Shown one piece after another: positions 12,681 to 25,565 of a stretch of DNA of 64,000 nucleotides. Source of the stretch: Callorhinchus milii (lineage: Eukaryota); NCBI RefSeq assembly GCF_018977255.1, contig NW_024704742.1:65102001-65166000 (forward strand), in the 5' to 3' direction. Numbering within the stretch: position 1 is the first letter of the stretch; each line of letters begins with the position of its first letter. Under the pieces are notes generated by a model. That model worked only from the letters and a program-made list of their open reading frames with translations. It ran no database searches and was not told the DNA's origin. Both the position numbers and the translations under genes were made by a program.

Positions 12681-13812
12681 ACAACAACAACAAAATTACA
12701 TTTATAGAGCGCCTATCACGTCGGGAGGACATCCCAAGGCGCTGAACAGTCAGGGATCAGGACCCGAGCATGGGGGAGGGGTGGGGTAGGTGTGAGGGAC
12801 AGCAGAGAGGTGGGAGGGAGACTGAAGGCATGATCGGAGAAGGGTCTTGAGACCGGCCTTGAAGGAGGCAAAAGAGGAAGCGAGGCGAAGGGACTGTGGG
12901 ATGGAGTTCCAGAGTGTGGGGGCAGAATGGCTGAAAGCTCAGCCACGGATGGTAGGGCGGGTCGGGCGGGAGACTTGGAGTAGGCCGGAGCACCCTGAAC
13001 GGAGGGAGCGGGAAGGTTGGTAGGGAGTCAGCAGGTCAGAGAGGTAGGAGGGTGCAAGGCCATGGATGGCCTTAAAGGTGAGGACGAGGATCTTGAACTC
13101 GATCCTCTGGGGGATGGGGAGCCAGTGGAGTCGGGCGAGGGTGGGAGTGATGGGGTCACGGGGCCTGGTGCGCGAGAATACATGAGCTGCAGAGTTTTGG
13201 ATGATCTGCAGCTTGTGAAGGGAAGAGTTGAGAAGGCCGATGAGGAGGGAGTTTCCATAATCGAGCCTCGATATGACAAATGTGTGGGTGAGGGTTTCGG
13301 CAGCCTGAGGGGTGAGGCAGTGGCGAAGTCTAGCAATATTGCGGAGGCGGTGGTAGGCAGTACCGGTCATGGCGCAGATGTGGGGGAGAGAGGACAGTTC
13401 AGGGTCAAACAGGACACCCAGGTTCCTGACTCGCTTCGTGAGGTTGAGTGTGCAGCCGTGGAGGCTGATGCTGCCAGCGCCAACCAGGAGGGCCTCAGTC
13501 CTGTTGACGTTCAGTTGGAGAAAGTTGTCTCTCGTCCAGGACTTGATGTCAGACAGGACGCCAGTAGTCCTGAAATTGAGGGTGGAGGCAGAGATATACA
13601 GTCGCATACATGTGGAAATTTACCCCAAGGGGGAGCATGTAGAGTGTAAAGGGGAGGAGACCGAGGACAGAACCCTGAAGAACGCTGCACAAGACGGTGC
13701 GGGGGCTGGAGGAGAAGCTGTTTGCTGCGATGAAGTGGAGGTGGTGTGAAAGGTAGGACCTGAACCAGTCAAGGCAGAACCTTGAAGGTTGAGGTGGGAG
13801 GAGAGGCAGTGG
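12681..13812 (-). mobile_element. L2 LINE 3' fragment (family A)
   Basis: 222-aa ORF with SRLDYGN..LHWLPIPQRIEFKIL; QGSVLG motif; (GTT)n tail. Confidence 0.93.
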
Positions 13813-14392
13813 AAGGTATGTGAGAAAGGCAGCAAGACAAAAAGTCCTGAACTCCAAAAGAGTTGCAAAAAAAATCACAAAGGCTGGGAAAGCTACATTA
13901 AAAATGGAAAATATTAAATATGCCACTGGTAAAGCTACAATTTAAAGTCATTCCAGTTGCATCCAAATGGATTAAGGAGCAACAAAGGCTAATACAGTAA
14001 GCAAATGAAACTATATTATGCCATGACCAGCTCTGCCTTCCCCCACTTCCAGAACATCGCCCGGTTCCGCCACTGACTCCGCCAAAACTCTCATTCACGC
14101 AATCGTCACATCTAGGCTTGTCTGCCTTCCCTGTTGTTGTTCTTGAACTAAACAGATGGCTTTTGAAACAGGGAAGGAATCCAGAAGTAAGCGATTGGGT
14201 AAATATACATACAAACAAAATTTAAATAAGATAAAATCAGACCGGTCAAGAAAAATATTGAGAAAGCGATTGCGGAAGAACTGTAAATAAGGTTGCAAAG
14301 TTAACTAGATGTGATTTTTAAAGACTACTGGCAGACAGATAGATGGTAAGCAGGCAGAAGCTGACATTCAGACCTAAAAAAAGGGACAAGCT

Positions 14393-14750
14393 TAATAATA
14401 ATAATCCAGTCATTTGATACAGTGCCTTATCACATCTTTGAGATGTCTCAAAGTGTCTCAAAGAATATACTGTAAAGTGAATTGACAAAGTGTATATTTT
14501 GTGCACGAAATGTGGCAGCCAAATGCGCACTGCAGTGTTCCACAGAGAGTCGTGGATTGAGTGACCAAATTATTCTTTATATATGTATTTTTAAGTGATT
14601 ATTATCCCCGGAAAAGAGATCCGCCAATCCACTAACAACTGGGTTCCTACCTATTGCTAGGTAAACAGAGGCTTGTGGAGTAAGGAAACTTGTCCAACGT
14701 TTCACCCGGACCGGGAATCAAAACCAGTTCCTCTCGCTTGCGAGGCAAGT
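14393..14750 (-). mobile_element. SINE family A, long form (5' truncated)
   Basis: Homology to other copies. Confidence 0.85.
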
Positions 14751-15117
14751 TTGCTGGACCTAATGGCCTTTACTGATGAAAGAAATTACGAGGTTGCAAA
14801 GATATAATATGCTTTACACTTTCAGATTTGGCATCATATCAACATTTTTTTAAACTTCAATCCCAATGGGCCAAAAAAATAAATGGTAGCTATCAGCTCA
14901 AACTGCAGCATATGGAAGGAAGCAACACAACCAACAGGTTCAATTGATTTGATACCATCCTATGGTCTTGAGATCCAGGCCATCCAAAAAAGCATATTGC
15001 TCTGCTCTCCAGAACAGGTACATTATTAACCTCAAACACAAATGGGCAGATGAATAAATCCCCTTCATTTATCAGAATCCTTGATCACAGACCAGTCTGT
15101 AGGGTCCTGCAAAGTAT

Positions 15118-15468
15118 TGGTTAGAACATTCACCTCATAAGCAAGAGGACCCGGGTTCAATTCCCAGGCAGGGCAAAACCTTCGGCAAGTTTCCTTACTC
15201 CACACGGCTCTGTTTATCTAGTAGTAAGTAGGAACCCAGTTGTAGTTGATTGGCAGATTGTTTTCTGGAGATAATAATCCCTTCAAAAAATGTTTTTAAA
15301 TAATAATTTGATGACTCAATCCACGACTGTTGGTGGGACACTGCTGTGTGCAATTGCTTGTCGCGTTTACGGTATATTCTGTGAAGCGCTTTGAGATATC
15401 TCAAATGACTTGATAAGGCACTATATCAAATGCAAGGATTATTTTATTATTATTATTATCATTATTAT
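15118..15468 (+). mobile_element. SINE family A, long form
   Basis: Homology to other copies; (ATT)n tail. Confidence 0.85.
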
Positions 15469-16084
15469 AAGTCCAGAACATTATGTAGTTTATTTTAAAT
15501 GTGTTCAGAATGCAACTGAGTTTATCAATAAATTTATTAAAACTAGCTTTGATGTTCAATGCAAGTGCTATCCACCATGTCAATTGCAACAATTTGCTTA
15601 AATTACTCTGTAATGACTGAAATACTCAGAATCACTGTAAATCATTTTAAAAGGTACTATTACTGAAGCTGAGCAGACAGCATTTTGAATTTTAAATACA
15701 GCATCCTTTAGAATGCCCAGTATAGCTGTTTTAAACAACTTTATACAACTGATCTACTGGACATTACATGGTGCAGCTGCCTAAATTGGCTTTCAATCAG
15801 TGGTTAATCCCGAGCTCTCACAAACTTTCCAGTGCATGCTCAGTCCTTCATCTTAGTGCCTCTCTCTCACAAACTCTCTTCACTATCCTCTCGCCCCCAC
15901 CTTCAAAAGCTTTCTCTGAGAAACTTTCTTTGGCCAAGCCTTTTGTCAACAAACTCTGCTCATTCCAGTTCGGAGATCCCTATTGTCATTGTAAAATGCT
16001 TCAAAGTGTTTACTGTGTGAAAGACAAGCAGGTTGTGTTCACACTTTCTCACCCACACCAGACTTCATACCCCGATTACCCCAG

Positions 16085-16511
16085 GCCTTGCCAAACTCCA
16101 CTGACTCCATGTCAGAGCGGATCAACTTCAAGATCCTCACTCTCGTGTTTAAATCCCTCCATTCCTTGGCAGCCCCCTATCTCTCTAACCTCCTCTCTCC
16201 CCACAGCAGTACCCGCTGCCTCCGCTCTACTGGGTCCGGCCTCCTCCGCGTCCCCCGAATCCTCCACTCCACCATCGGCGGCCGTGCCTTCAGCCATTAC
16301 CCCCCGGAACTTTGAAACTCTCTCCCTCAACCCCTTCGCCTCTCCCCCTCCTTCCCCATCTTCAGGTCGAGCTCGAAGACCTTCCTTTTCGACCGCATCT
16401 ATGGTCACCTCCCCCTCTCCCTATGGCTCGGCCTTGGGCTCCACCATTGTTAAGCACTCCTGGACGCCACCCAGCGCGGAGGGCACTATATAAGTACAAG
16501 TTGTTGTTGTT
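16085..16511 (+). mobile_element. L2 3' fragment (family B-like)
   Basis: ERINFKILTLVFKSLHSLAAPYL; (GTT)n tail. Confidence 0.88.
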
Positions 16512-17489
16512 TCTACTTTCACACTAATCTATTTTCTATGGCGGAACTTTAAAACAAATGATTTTGCTGTCACTATCTTAAAAATATTCTTCCTCCAATT
16601 TATTTCCTCCCATTTTTTTCTAATTATCTTTCTTTCTGAATATAATCTTGGTTTCTAACAGATTTTTTCCCCCATTTGCCTGGTTTGCAACTCTTTCTAC
16701 AAAACACAACACTCAAAGGCACTAAACAAAGGGGACAGTGAAAACAAGGAACACTGAATTTGCAAATCCATAAATGGAGGATTTCAAATAATGAGTCTTC
16801 CACTTCTCATAAGTGGATTTTCTTAAAATTTTTCTAAAGTCTTTCATCCCGCTTAATTATCTTGCCCAAGGATTAGCACCCAGCCCTGAACACATAGTAC
16901 CCAGTCACTTCTATAAACTCCCACACAATTGCTATTAACCATTAAAAACTAACTTTTGAGAAACAGAAAAGCCCAATATCGCCAAATTAGATTTATAAAA
17001 ATACACAAATGGCTTTATTCTTTTTTTATGTAAAACACTGTAATTACTGGATTTACTGTTCATGGAAACTATTTACAGTAAGGATGACTGACAAGCATAC
17101 AGGTACAAATGCACACTAATAATAGAAATAAATGGAGTGCTGCAGTTGCTACTGTCAAAACATTTCCTGCTACCTTTGCTTCATACCGTTTGCTGTGACA
17201 TTTTTATAAAGATCAATTAGAGGTGTAATAGCAACTAAGGGGCTCTTCTGTCACATGGTTTCTTCCTGAGTTTTAAAGGGAGAAAGAAAATTTCAAATGG
17301 TTAAAAGGCACCATGACTCACTCACTACTTGTTACTATCCATCTGAAGCACTGCTTCCACATTGGAGTTAAATATATGCCCACTTAGATCAAGGACAATT
17401 TTAAGGGCAGGAATTAGAAAGGAAGAGAGAGAAAGAAAACACCTGCAAGAGTCCTCTCTGTACATCGAGCACCCTTTCTAGATCAACTC

Positions 17490-17795
17490 TGCCATGGGTT
17501 TGGCTCAGTAGGTAGTACATCTGCCTCTGAGTCAGAAGGCTGTGAATGTAAACGCCAGCTGAAGCTCATAGTTTAGGCTTTCACTTCAGTGCATCTGCCC
17601 ACAAAATCCCCCCCCCCACCCCAAAAAACATTAAATTGGTCACTCCTTCCATGGATGTTTGTGGGACACTGCTGCTTCTTTCGCCCACAAAATAAACAGT
17701 CACTCCACTTTACTGTATATCCTGTGACGTTCTTTGAGACGTCTCAACAACGTGATAAGACGCTACATCAAATGCAAGGATTTTTATTATCATCT
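17490..17795 (+). mobile_element. DeuSINE family B, internally deleted
   Basis: Family-B head joined to the shared 3' body and tail. Confidence 0.7.
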
Positions 17796-18015
17796 AACAA
17801 TACGCAGATTTAATTCCCGTGTTCAAACTCTTGTCCAGAAAAACATGACGAATAATCCAAAACTTATAACTGTGCCATAATGCACTTTCTTTAAAAAAAT
17901 GCACCCATATATAATCACTAGCATTATAAATCTCACAATGCTTAAAAGTTCTTCCAGCGTACCGAAATGGGGGTTTGTAATTTGAAATGTAAAAAGCACG
18001 TTTCTACTGTGCACA

Positions 18016-18840
18016 ATAACACCACCTTGCACTTATATAGCGCTCTCCACGCAGGGTAGCATTTCAGAGCGCTTATCAGTGGCGGAGCCCGACTCCGAAC
18101 TGGAGTGGGGGAATGGGGTGTAGAGAGGGGGGTGGAAGACCCCAAGCACGGTTGAAACGGAAGCTGTTCAGCCAGGACTTGAAAAAGGGGAGGGGGCAAG
18201 GCGGAAAGTTTGAGGGAGTGTTCCAGAGTTTCGGGGCATAGTGGAAGAAAGCACAATCTCCAGTGGTGGAGCGGAGGGGCGAGGGACAAGCTGGAGGCCG
18301 GTGCCAGTCAAGCGGAGACACTCAGTATTGGATTGGGGGAGTGAAGAGGTCGGAGAGGTAGAGAGGTGCCAGGGACCTGAACTGAAGTGAAGGGATCTGA
18401 ACACGAGTGTGAGGATCTTGAAGTGGATCCATTCGGTGATGCAGAGCCAGTGGAGCCTGGTCAGAACTGGTGAGATGTGGGTATGGAGTTTGGTCCAGGT
18501 AATTATGTGGGCAGCAGAGTTCTGAATGAGCTGGATTTTGTTTCAATAGTGGAGCTGGGGAGACAGGTGACAAGTGCATTTGAGTAATCCAGGAGGGAGG
18601 GGATAAATTTCCCGCCTAGATGAGGGTTTTAGCTGCATTTTGGGTAAGGTACGGTCGGAGGCGGGCAATGTGGCAGAGGTGGAGGAAGGGAGGATGTGGG
18701 GGAGGAAGGACAACCTAGATTGCGCACTGGTTCGGTGAGTCTGAGCCCAGGGAGGCTAAGGAGTTCAGATCCTCAGGAGTGAAGATGTTGACGGAAGCCA
18801 AGGAATATGGCTTTCGTCTTGTCCACATTCAGCTGCAGGA
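18016..18840 (-). mobile_element. L2 3' fragment (family C)
   Basis: Tail GCGCTCTGAAATGCTACCCTGCGTGGAGAGCGCT, shared with 56724-57806. Confidence 0.88.
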
Positions 18841-18984
18841 CTGTGCACTCAAATTACGATGAATTGATCTCTCTCAATCCATCTAGCAAACTTGAGTTTA
18901 AGACCCTTTCTGCTGATCTTCTAACCTGTGCAAATAATTGGTAACTATTTCTTTTTCAAACCCTTCCACAATGTTGAATGCTCT

Positions 18985-19470
18985 TATAGAATCATACAGT
19001 ACAGAAGGAGGCCATTCAGCCTATCGTGTCTGCGCCGGCTCTTTGAAAAGAGCTATCCAATTCAATCAAACTCCCCCGCTCTCTCCCCATAGACCTGCAA
19101 ACTTGTCCTCCTCCAATAATTATTTACTTCTCTCTTAAAAGTTGTTATTGAATCAGCTTCCCCCACCTTTCAGGTAATGCATTCCAGATCCGAACAACTC
19201 ACTAAGTGAAAAAAATTGTCCTCTCCGTTTCTTTCAACAACTGTTCTAAAATGGTGTCCTCGAGTTACCGACCCACCCACCAGTGGAAATTGTTTCTCCT
19301 TGTTCACCTCATCAAATCCCCTCATAATTTTGAAAACTTCTATTAAGTCTCCTCTTAACCCTCTCTGCTCCAAGGAGAATAATCCTAGCTTCTATAGCCT
19401 CTCCTGATAACTGAAATCCCTCATTCCTAGTACCATCCTGGTAAATCTCCTTTGCACCCTTCTCCAATTC
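18985..19470 (-). mobile_element. CR1 LINE 3' fragment
   Basis: LRGDLIEVFKIMRGFD..TRGH; CR1 terminus. Confidence 0.9.
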
Positions 19471-21559
19471 CAAATCTCTAATGCCATTGATGAGTTAAGC
19501 TAAATTCAGGACTCAATCCTAGTTCTCTATTGCCCACAAGAATTTCCTTTGGAAACAATTTATTTTTACTGAATTGCCTTATTTAATAAAATTATCTATA
19601 TATGCTCCTCAATTTTGACCACTAGTGTTATTCAGTATAATGTTTCAGTACCATATGGCTAATGCAGAATGTTGGCCAATAAAAATCTGGTAACACGATG
19701 GCAACTAATCAAAAATGTTCAGATAACAATGACAATAATAGCCTCAACAATTGTAAAACTGCCTACGCTTTACATTTCTGCACAAAGCTGGGTTAAGCGA
19801 TTCTAAAATATTTGCATGGACGCTTTAAGAGGGCTCTTCGCTGTTATTTGTGGAAGTGCTTTTAGAAAACAATTTTTTGCCAATTTTCTCACCTCTTCTG
19901 CTAGGGTAGGTACCAATGGGAAAATCTTGGGAGGTTCCACAAGAAGACTTCAGATACCTCAGTCAAGCAGTATTTGTGAAATCAAACAGAAAGCAAGTAT
20001 CAACGGACTGTTTGACAAGAGGTGGCATCACAGGCAAACCTGATGCATTTCTTCACAACCCAACCACATCCAGTGGTTTCTAATAAGAGTCACTGAGCAG
20101 TGATCAGAAGTGAGAAATCGTTTCCCCAGTCCAAGTGTAATGAGGCCAATGATAGCACCTGCACCCAACAAGCTAACAGCTAACAAACCAGATCAAGAAT
20201 CCTGAGACTGCACAAGAAACAAAAACGACACACAAGCCCTGATACCGAATTAAGAGGAGCGTTTTGTCACAAAGAAAGCACACAAAGTTCAACAAACTAT
20301 TATCCATTTCAAGACACAGGTTTCCATTTTGGATTTAAATCAAATATGGTTCTAATAAAATTGGGTTTCTACATCTGTAAAAAGCTAACGTGCCCAGAGT
20401 ATTAACCAAAGCCCCTCTAAAATTCTACAAACAGGAGTCAGACAGAGATTGAAAAATCTACATTATAAGCTAAACCCACCAGATTTCCTTCCAATTACTT
20501 TGCGATGGCAACAACACTTAACTGCACCAGAAACTCACAGTACTGACAACTGATAGAGCTAATAAGCAGGTAAGGTTTTGATGGTTTAACTTATTGCTGT
20601 CGCTGACAACATACATGTTAGATGCAGATTTTGAAGCAAGTTTCCTGAGATGAAAGCACTGAAGGCAATGAATTCATGCAGCTTTGCATCATATAAATTT
20701 TCTTATTTGCCTCTGGATATAACTGAAAGCCTCTAGTTGTATCTGCAAACACATAGTAAATGTACTACAAGGAGACCTACATAAGAGCCAATTCTAAAGA
20801 TTCTACCCGAACGGTAATTAACAAGGCTCCAAGTAAGGCTCATTAATTACAAGATTCTGACTCGATGGCAAAAGTTTTACCAACTGAGTCAGGCAACTCT
20901 AAAATTACATTTAAAAAACTAAACCAAAATAAAATAGAGCTAAAAGAAGAAAGCTGGCGAGCGACAGTAGAGTATTTAAAATATTTGATTTTTAATTTAA
21001 ACAGTTTAATTTTAGTAGATTAGCTTGTATTATGGGTAATTATTCCCCATCTGTTTGTGGGACACTGCTGTGTACAATTGGCTGCCGTATTTCGCTCACA
21101 AAATACAATCAATCCACTTTGCAATACATTCTGTGAAGTGCTTTGAGACGTCTCAACGATGTGATAATGTACTATATCAAATGCAAGGATTATTATTACT
21201 GCAGTATTTTCCAAGTTCCTGTACCATCACATTTTTCAGTACATTGTTGAGTGTATGGACTATTCTGCAGACAAGTTAAAAAGTGCAACACCAGTCTACA
21301 TAGAACTGGCAGCATTCAAAGTTAATATCAGATAAACTGTAGGAACACAAGAGCAGTGAAGAATGAGAAAATTATGAGGTAATACGCAGTTAATTATCAG
21401 TGATAAAACTTATAAAGCTGGAGAAGTGAAGGTGGCTGAAATGTCTGCTGATGCTGACTGGCTGAACTGAATTGTGCAACTGGTAGCTTAAATAAGACAA
21501 TAAAACATAATGAGTTTTGATGACATAGCTTTGATGAACAGCTTTTCAAATAGGGATCT

Positions 21560-21935
21560 ATTTATAATAATAATCCCTGCATTCAATATAGTGCCAAAAG
21601 AGTAGGATTTATTATTGAGTGTAGTGACCGTATTCTCAGATCAATTTGCACACAACAGTGTCCTACAAATGGGCATGAAATGAATGACCAATTTTATCTG
21701 AGAACTCTAGGAGAAACTAAGCTTTTCTCATCAAATTCTGCCATAGGATCTTTAACTTCCAATTGAACCGGCAGACAAAACCTCGGTTTAACAACTCATC
21801 TGAAGATCCTCTGGCAATGCTGTGCGCTGGAGCATCAACCTGGACAACAAGCTCAAAGGCCCTATGTGGGGCTTGAACTCCCAACCTTCTGACCCAGAAG
21901 TGAGAATGCCATCAAACGAGCCAGGCTGACACCCA
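21560..21935 (-). mobile_element. DeuSINE family B
   Basis: Homology to the 7543 and 46607 copies. Confidence 0.72.
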
Positions 21936-22084
21936 TTTAGCTAAATCTGCAGTTTCCACTTGTCATCTCTGCTTCCAATTGTCACCTTCCGAAAAGCAAT
22001 AAGAAAATTGACTCTTTAGACTCAAAAATAGATGTAAATAAACCAAAAATTCAGATACAAATGGAGTGCAGTGATTAGTCAATT

Positions 22085-22418
22085 GTGGAGTCCTGTGGCT
22101 CAGTGGTTAGAGCACTCACTTTGCGAGTGAGAGACCTGAGTTCAATTCCAGGCAGTTCAGGGCGAAACCTTGGGCAAGTTTCCTTACTCCACACAGAGCC
22201 TAATAATAATCCCTCCAAAACCAAAAACAATAATAAATTGGTCATTTTCAATCTACGACTGTTTGTGGGACATTGCTGTGCGCAATTGGCTGCCGCGTTC
22301 ACCCACAAATATACAGTCAATTCACTTTACAGTGTGTTCTGTGAAGCGCTTTGGGACGTCCTCCCGACGTGAAAAGCGCTATATCAAATGCAAGGATTAT
22401 TATTATTATTATTATTAT
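22085..22418 (+). mobile_element. SINE family A, short form, full length, young
   Basis: GTGGAGTCC start, A box TGGCTCAGTGG, B box GTTCAATTCC, 3' GGGACGTCCTCCCGACGTGAAAAGCGCT and an (ATT)n tail. Confidence 0.95.
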
Positions 22419-24232
22419 AGTGTGCATTGTAAAAATGTTACTACATAGAGAGACAAAGCACAGGCCACTTTAAGACATTCACACAGCCCGCAAACAAAGA
22501 GTGTTACTAGCAAAGTCCTTAAGAAAATATCACTGGCTGGGAAATGATGCATGGTTCAGATTGGGTAGGATCTAAAATCCCTGGAATTAATGGATGGTTT
22601 GGATAAAACTGTACATGCTGTTAATTATGAGGGTGCTTGTATTATCCCATAAGAGCAAGTTTCTCAAATCTTAAATGGAGGGCGGGTGGACAGGAAGAGA
22701 AAAAGAGAACCTGAGAAAAGTCTACAGACAAATCATACTTAGATGTCAGGAGGATGTCTCAAAGCACTCCAGTTTTCTGTATAGTGACGTATTTGTCAGC
22801 AAACATGGCAGCCAACTTGTAGACAGCAATATTTCACAAATAGCCATGACAATGCAGTGCCCCCCCCCCCCCCGCACTACAGTGAAACGTCAGCCGAGAC
22901 TAGACGTTTAAAATCCCGATGTGGAGTTGAACCCACAACCTCTAACAAAAGTGCTTTTTGCTGAGCAAGGCTAACACTTGCTGCAAGTAAGGACAGATAA
23001 CTGCTGGTCATTTCTCAACAATTGTAAACTTTGAAGGATTAGCTATGGAATTTCTACTTACGATATTAAATTAATATCAGAAATAAAAACAAAAGAGCAC
23101 GTTTCCAATTGGATCAAAACTGGTAGTTGATCTTTCAACAAAGCATAAAAGCAGCTTTATTCTTTGTGTGTATAGATGGCTGATAAATTACACACTAAAG
23201 AAAACTCAAAATGTCATCAAATGCCTGAAAAGTTCTTAGCTTCAATGTTCCTTCAAAAACATCCAATAAGTTAACTGTACTATCAAAACAAGCTCCCAAT
23301 GCATTGCACTTTAAACTGACTGCATAACACAGGCACATAATTCAAAGATGTATTTTTTTAAAAATCAAAAACAGGCATCTGGGTGAGTGTTAATAATCCT
23401 TACATTTGCTGTCACGCCTTCATATCAGAAAACCTCAAGGCACTTCACAGGATAAACTAAAAGTGTAGTACTTTGTAGGCAAACAGACCAGGGTAAAGCA
23501 TCAGTCACATTTATGAATTTGCATTTGTGGGTTTGAATACTTTAAGAACTAATGGTCTTGTAATCCACACAGCTGTTATTCCAGAAAGTGTAAATGCTGT
23601 CCAAAACTGAATTATCCACTTTATAATAAAAGAAAAAAAACTTAATTTATCCTGGTCTGGCTAGAAATTTTGATTTCAGAAGTTATGCACCCATCACTAA
23701 ATTTCAAATCAGGTAATAAATTTGACCAAGTGATGCACATTGATATATAACACCAAAGAAACAGGTCAGCCCGGAAATTATGCTGCATAAATTCAAGCGC
23801 AATACACGCAGGACACCAAAATCCTTTTTTTGCAGCATAGTTTCATTCATAGGGAGCAAAAACACCCTAAAAAATCTATTACAACGAAAGAAAAACACTC
23901 TTGCAGATCATCAAATAATAAATTCAAGGATGCCAGCAATAGATACAATACTTTAATACGGATCAAAATTAAGCAGAGGCTGAACATTAACTTTCACGTT
24001 AGAACTAACTATCTATAACCCCTCCCTGCCTTTGCCTTTTACAAAGCTACATTCATCTTCAATTTAAATTAGGTATTACAAGTTCTAGACATTTACTGCA
24101 ATTTTTTTACCGCTGTACCTTTGAATGAACTGTGAAGTCTAAGCAGAGCACCTATCTTTCATTATTGCCCATAGCTATAAAAAATACAGCGCAAATCAAA
24201 CCCCAAAAATCACTTTGTTCCAGATATAAATA

Positions 24233-24782
24233 TCTACACTAATAAAGACAAAGTGTCTATCTGTCTGTGTATCTGACGCTCACACAATAACCGATTGACG
24301 TAAAGGCATAATTTATACCTCATCGGAAAGGTCTTGCAACTGGCAGTTCCTAGGCGTATTTTGGGGGAGGGATCTCCTAACGTTGAAGAGCTATATTAAA
24401 AAATGCTTTAATTAAGCCCCAAAATATGAGGTATGTATCATATTCTGCAACTACGTAGCGACAGAAGAAAGCATACCACTCAGAGATACTTCTATATTCT
24501 GAAACAAATATGGCACTTTTTTTCTGATTGTCATGGGAGCTAGAAAGAGAGAGACAGAGAGAGAGAGAGTGTGAGAGAATATAGTATAAAGTGTAGTGAT
24601 TGTGTGCTTTGTGGGAGAGACAGCGAAAGACAGAAAGAGACAGAGAAAGAAAATATATTAAAGGAGTCCTCCCACAGGAGTCCACCCAGCTGAGTATAGG
24701 TAATGACAAAATGTCTGTCCATCAATCTACATTCCATATTGGATCCTTTGGTTGCAATCAAAGCTGCAACGGGTACGGCTAG
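24233..24782 (+). mobile_element. Non-autonomous Helitron (550 bp)
   Basis: A|TCTACACTAATAAAG 5' end, CTAG|T 3' end, subterminal hairpin GTTGCA-N8-TGCAAC (24751-24770), no TSD, internal AG-rich microsatellite. Confidence 0.75.
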
Positions 24783-25273
24783 TTTAATATGAATGGAATG
24801 TATTTCCTTTTAGCATGCAATTTTTTTATTTGAAAAGAACCAATTTCAAAAAGATCTTCGGTCAGAAGAGTCCCACCAGAAGATTCAAGCTCTTCTCAAG
24901 GTCCATTCTTCACAGTTGTTCGAGCTGTCATCCTCCTCAAGGCCTGGATCAAATTGGGCCCAGTCTGCTCTTCCTTAAATGACACCCATATGTCAACGAA
25001 ATAATAAGGACTAATCTAACCCAACTCTGACCATTTCATTTAAAGCAAACTGGGATACCACAGACCTTGATTTATTCCTTGAGTTACCAAGATATTAGAG
25101 ACAAATTCTTCCTTTCAGCGTGGTACACATTCAGAGGTGGACATCTGAGTTTTTCAGATATTTAGAATTCTTCCTGTACCTCAACCTCGCCGGCTGCAAT
25201 CGCTGCAGCCAGGACCAAAGTTCCTTCCCAGTTAGGAGGGAAATACTGAGCCTAACATCAAATACTGGGTGCT

Positions 25274-25565
25274 ACAACAAATAACAACAAATTACATTTG
25301 TATAGCGCCTTTCATGTCAGGAGGACATCCCAAGGTGCTGGACAGTCAGAGATTTGGACCCTAGCAGACGGTTTGGATCAGTAGGGGTGGAGGGCAGGGA
25401 GGGTAGGGGTAGGAGGGTGGCCAGAGGCACGGTCGAAGAGGAGGGTCTTGAGTCGTGCCTTGAAAGAAGCAAGGGAGGGAGCAAGGTGAAGGGACTGTGG
25501 GTTGGAGTTCCAAAGGGTGGGGGCAGAGAGGCTGAAGGCTTGACCGCCTTTGACCGCCGATGGTA
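25274..25565 (-). mobile_element. L2 family A 3' end
   Basis: AFSLSAPTLWNS..FKARLKTLLFDRA and tail. Confidence 0.88.

Noticed and set aside
12939..13649. Long overlapping ORFs (222 aa minus, 210 aa plus) as genes
   Set aside because: The minus ORF is a truncated L2 RT C-terminus; the plus ORF is its antisense shadow in GC-rich sequence.
15768..16493. 241-aa plus-strand ORF
   Set aside because: Chance read-through of low-complexity sequence into an off-frame L2 fragment; no coherent domain.
22090..22170. tRNA genes at SINE heads (A/B boxes, cloverleaf-like)
   Set aside because: Each continues into a shared SINE body and tail and lacks a proper acceptor stem; these are retroposed copies, not tRNA genes.
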